Shown piece by piece: positions 61,771-64,000 of a stretch of DNA of 64,000 nucleotides. Every line of letters starts with the position of its first letter. Position 1 is the stretch's first letter. This stretch comes from Phycisphaeraceae bacterium (GTDB lineage: Bacteria; Planctomycetota; Phycisphaerae; Phycisphaerales; Phycisphaeraceae), in contig OY771506.1 in the NCBI GenBank assembly GCA_963674705.1, positions 3,552,001 through 3,616,000 on the forward strand, written 5' to 3'. The translations under genes were made by a program, and so were the position numbers. A model generated the notes under the pieces. The model worked only from the letters and a program-made list of their open reading frames with translations, was not told where the DNA came from and did no database searches.

Positions 61771-61810
61771 AGATGTTTAAAGAGGTTTAAAGATGTTAAA
61801 AAGGTGATTA
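61771..61810. repeat. 10-bp phased tandem repeats in a divergent promoter region
   Basis: AGATGTTTAA AGAGGTTTAA AGATGTTAAA AAGGTGATTA. Confidence 0.6.
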
Positions 61811-62007
61811 GCATGTTCGTCCATGATCGCAGATTGTGCCGGGTCCATTCAATGGATGAGTACGCGCTGCCCGGTTTCTTCTGTGAGGCCGCCACTCCCA
61901 GGCCGCGACCATTGTCAACGGCCCGAATAAATACCCTTGATCGTCTGATTAACCCCCCGATTTAACGCGGGGCCATTTATTTACTTTTCACAAAAGAGCA
62001 ATTCACT

Positions 62008-62646
62008 ATGGCAAAGCAAACGAGCAAAGCAGGGATGGTAGACGGGCTGACAAAGTCAATAATGCCAGCGGTCGACGGGTACCTGAACGAGACGCCCAGC
62101 ACGGGTAAACGGGAAAAAGAGATTAAGCAGGCTCTCGAGGTGGTGGCCGAGGAATTCTCCAAATATAAGCAATTGGGCAGGCTGGCCGACGAGGCGATCG
62201 ACAAAGAATTACCGTCGCACGCGGCTTATAAGAAAGTAAGGCGCCGGGAGATTGCCGAGGCGTTAGTCGATGCGGCCAATTCGCTCAAGCTGCCGGTGCA
62301 GATCAAGTCCGCGGGCAAGACCGCTAAGAAAAAGAATGTCAGCAAGAAAGCCAAACCCGTCAAAGCTGCCAAGACTGCTAAGGCTACTAAGAAAGCCAAG
62401 CCCACCAAGAAAACAAGCGGTAATCGCAGCCGGATTACTCGCGAGCTCATGGCCCAACGCTGTGAGGCGGTGCTCAAGGTGCTGCCCCCTAAGGAAAGTG
62501 GCGACGTCATAGCGAAGGGTGACATCGCCGGACTAACCGACCTCGACGCAGAGGCGGTTCACAACGTGCTAACCAACCTCGCAAAGCAAGGTAAAGCGGA
62601 GAACAATAAAAAACGTGGCGTTAATGCCGGTTGGCGGAGGGTGTAA
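62008..62646 (+). CDS. Lys/Ala-rich (histone H1-like) protein with C-terminal winged helix
   Basis: KKAKPVKAAKTAKATKKAKPTKK; DIAGLTDLDAEAVHNVLTNLAKQGK. Confidence 0.7.
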   Translation: MAKQTSKAGMVDGLTKSIMPAVDGYLNETPSTGKREKEIKQALEVVAEEFSKYKQLGRLADEAIDKELPSHAAYKKVRRREIAEALVDAANSLKLPVQIKSAGKTAKKKNVSKKAKPVKAAKTAKATKKAKPTKKTSGNRSRITRELMAQRCEAVLKVLPPKESGDVIAKGDIAGLTDLDAEAVHNVLTNLAKQGKAENNKKRGVNAGWRRV

Positions 62647-62648
62647 GC

Positions 62649-63470
62649 ATGGGCGACACTACCGATATATCTTGGGCTAAGCACACGTTTAACATGATCA
62701 TCGGCTGCAATAAGATCGGACCCGGCTGTGATAACTGCTATGCCGCCGATATGGCTCATCGTCGTTCTAATTGGGATGTTTCGGTAATACGCAATGGTAA
62801 AGAGATAAAGCTCCCGGTATGGGGCACCGGTCCAAACACCGCTCGCAGGGTCCGCCCCGAATCGGCCTGGGCCGAGCCGCTCCGTTGGAACTATTACGCG
62901 AGTACGTGGCGCGAACGGCGTCGAACCTTTTGTATGAGCCTCGGTGACGTATTCGAGAATCACAAGACGGTCGAGGCCCAACTTCCGCGACTGTGGGAGA
63001 CTATCAAGGCGACCCCGTGGCTCGACTGGCTGCTCTTAACCAAGCGGTCTAAAGCGATCGCTGGCAAGCTCCCTGCCGATTGGGGCAAGGGTTACTTTAA
63101 TGTGTGGCTCGGTGTTAGCGTTGAAGACAACGACCCCAAGAGATTAAAACGAGTCGACGACCTGCGGAAGGTGCCGGCAACTATTCGCTTTATGAGCTAC
63201 GAGCCCGCCCTTGCGCCCATAGCGCATAAAGTCAACCTCAAGGATATCGACTGGCTGATCTACGGCGGCGAGTCAGGCCCTAAGCACCGGCCAGATGATC
63301 CGCAATGGGCCGAGGATGTCCGGCAGCTTTGCAAGAAGACCGGCACCACGTTCTATTACAAGCAAGGCGCCGCTTTCAAGCAGGGGGCCGACGTCTATCT
63401 CAACGGCAAGACCTACCACAACTTCCCAACGCACGCACAAAGGCGCGTGCCGATTCCGAAGGGGATTTAA
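62649..63470 (+). CDS. DUF5131 (phage Gp37/Gp68) family protein
   Basis: TDISWAKHTFN..GCNKIGPGCDNCYA; LLLTKR; WLGVSVE; GGESGP. Confidence 0.9.
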   Translation: MGDTTDISWAKHTFNMIIGCNKIGPGCDNCYAADMAHRRSNWDVSVIRNGKEIKLPVWGTGPNTARRVRPESAWAEPLRWNYYASTWRERRRTFCMSLGDVFENHKTVEAQLPRLWETIKATPWLDWLLLTKRSKAIAGKLPADWGKGYFNVWLGVSVEDNDPKRLKRVDDLRKVPATIRFMSYEPALAPIAHKVNLKDIDWLIYGGESGPKHRPDDPQWAEDVRQLCKKTGTTFYYKQGAAFKQGADVYLNGKTYHNFPTHAQRRVPIPKGI

Positions 63471-63473
63471 GTA

Positions 63474-64000
63474 ATGGCAAAAAGAACACCCAAGCTAGCC
63501 TATGCCGGGCCAGACAACGCGGTTAAGATCACAACTTATACGAAGCTGCAACAGGTCGCCCAAGACTTTGCTCTCGGGAAACTCGGTAACGTGCTCATCG
63601 TCGGCCCGCCCGGCATGGGTAAGACCTATACTTTCAGGCTCGCGGTGCAGCAGTCGTCTAATCACAGGTACGCTTATCTGAATAACCACGCGGCACCATT
63701 CGGGCTGTACACGAAAGTATGGCAATACACCGATATGCCGCTCATCATCGACGACATCCGGGCGATCAATTCTAACCCCGCGTCGGTGGGCGTCTTAATG
63801 GCCGTGTGTGACAGCAACAAACCTAAGCTAGTGACGTGGACTACAAACAACCTGACGCCCGACACGGAGCCGCCTAGCTCGTTTGAGACTAATTCAGATG
63901 TCGCGTTAATCACGAATGCGTGGGATACACTAAATGAGCGCGTCAAAGCACTTGAGGATCGGTGCATGTGTTATCACTTTGTGCCGAGCTCGCACGAACT
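63474..64000 (+). CDS. P-loop (AAA-like) ATPase, runs off the window end (not in the ORF track)
   Basis: MAKRTPKL...VLIVGPPGMGKT (Walker A)...PLIIDD (Walker B). Confidence 0.8.
   Translation, partial: MAKRTPKLAYAGPDNAVKITTYTKLQQVAQDFALGKLGNVLIVGPPGMGKTYTFRLAVQQSSNHRYAYLNNHAAPFGLYTKVWQYTDMPLIIDDIRAINSNPASVGVLMAVCDSNKPKLVTWTTNNLTPDTEPPSSFETNSDVALITNAWDTLNERVKALEDRCMCYHFVPSSHE

Larger units (their letters stand above)
7837..64000. mobile_element. tRNA-Leu-integrated genomic island (integrative element); right end beyond the window
   Basis: Integrase directly after the tRNA 3' end; replication-like module; patchy cargo and pseudogenes; phage-type genes at the right edge; no second copy of the tRNA-Leu 3' end seen. 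Confidence 0.75.

Overview
The window looks like a Planctomycetota (Phycisphaerae-like) chromosome; this lineage call is inferred from gene content. Bases 1-7600 carry housekeeping genes: DAHP synthase, a GNAT, UbiA/UbiX prenylation genes, an AEC transporter and aspartate kinase. A tRNA-Leu(GAG) at 7751-7836 is followed by a tyrosine integrase, an HTH replication-type gene and iteron-like repeats. These mark the left end of a genomic island of more than 56 kb that runs past the window end. The island cargo is mostly general-stress and envelope genes: ferritin, Hsp20/GroES/GroEL, CsrA, small DUF membrane proteins, an MscS-type channel, glycosyltransferases and hydrolases, B12 radical SAMs, Cfa, desaturases and NhaA. 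It also holds many gene remnants. The main finding is a ~140-nt structured RNA leader present in four copies (19.6, 29.6, 33.6 and 52.9 kb). Each copy has its own sigma70-like promoter, covarying helices and an intrinsic terminator whose 5' arm overlaps a long alternative hairpin, i.e. an attenuator-like architecture that I do not recognise as a known riboswitch. The island also encodes two DUF2294 (MpsC-family) proteins, one fused to a receiver domain next to a CheB/CheR-HWE kinase. This suggests a hypothetical ANTAR-like two-component antitermination system controlling the stress genes.
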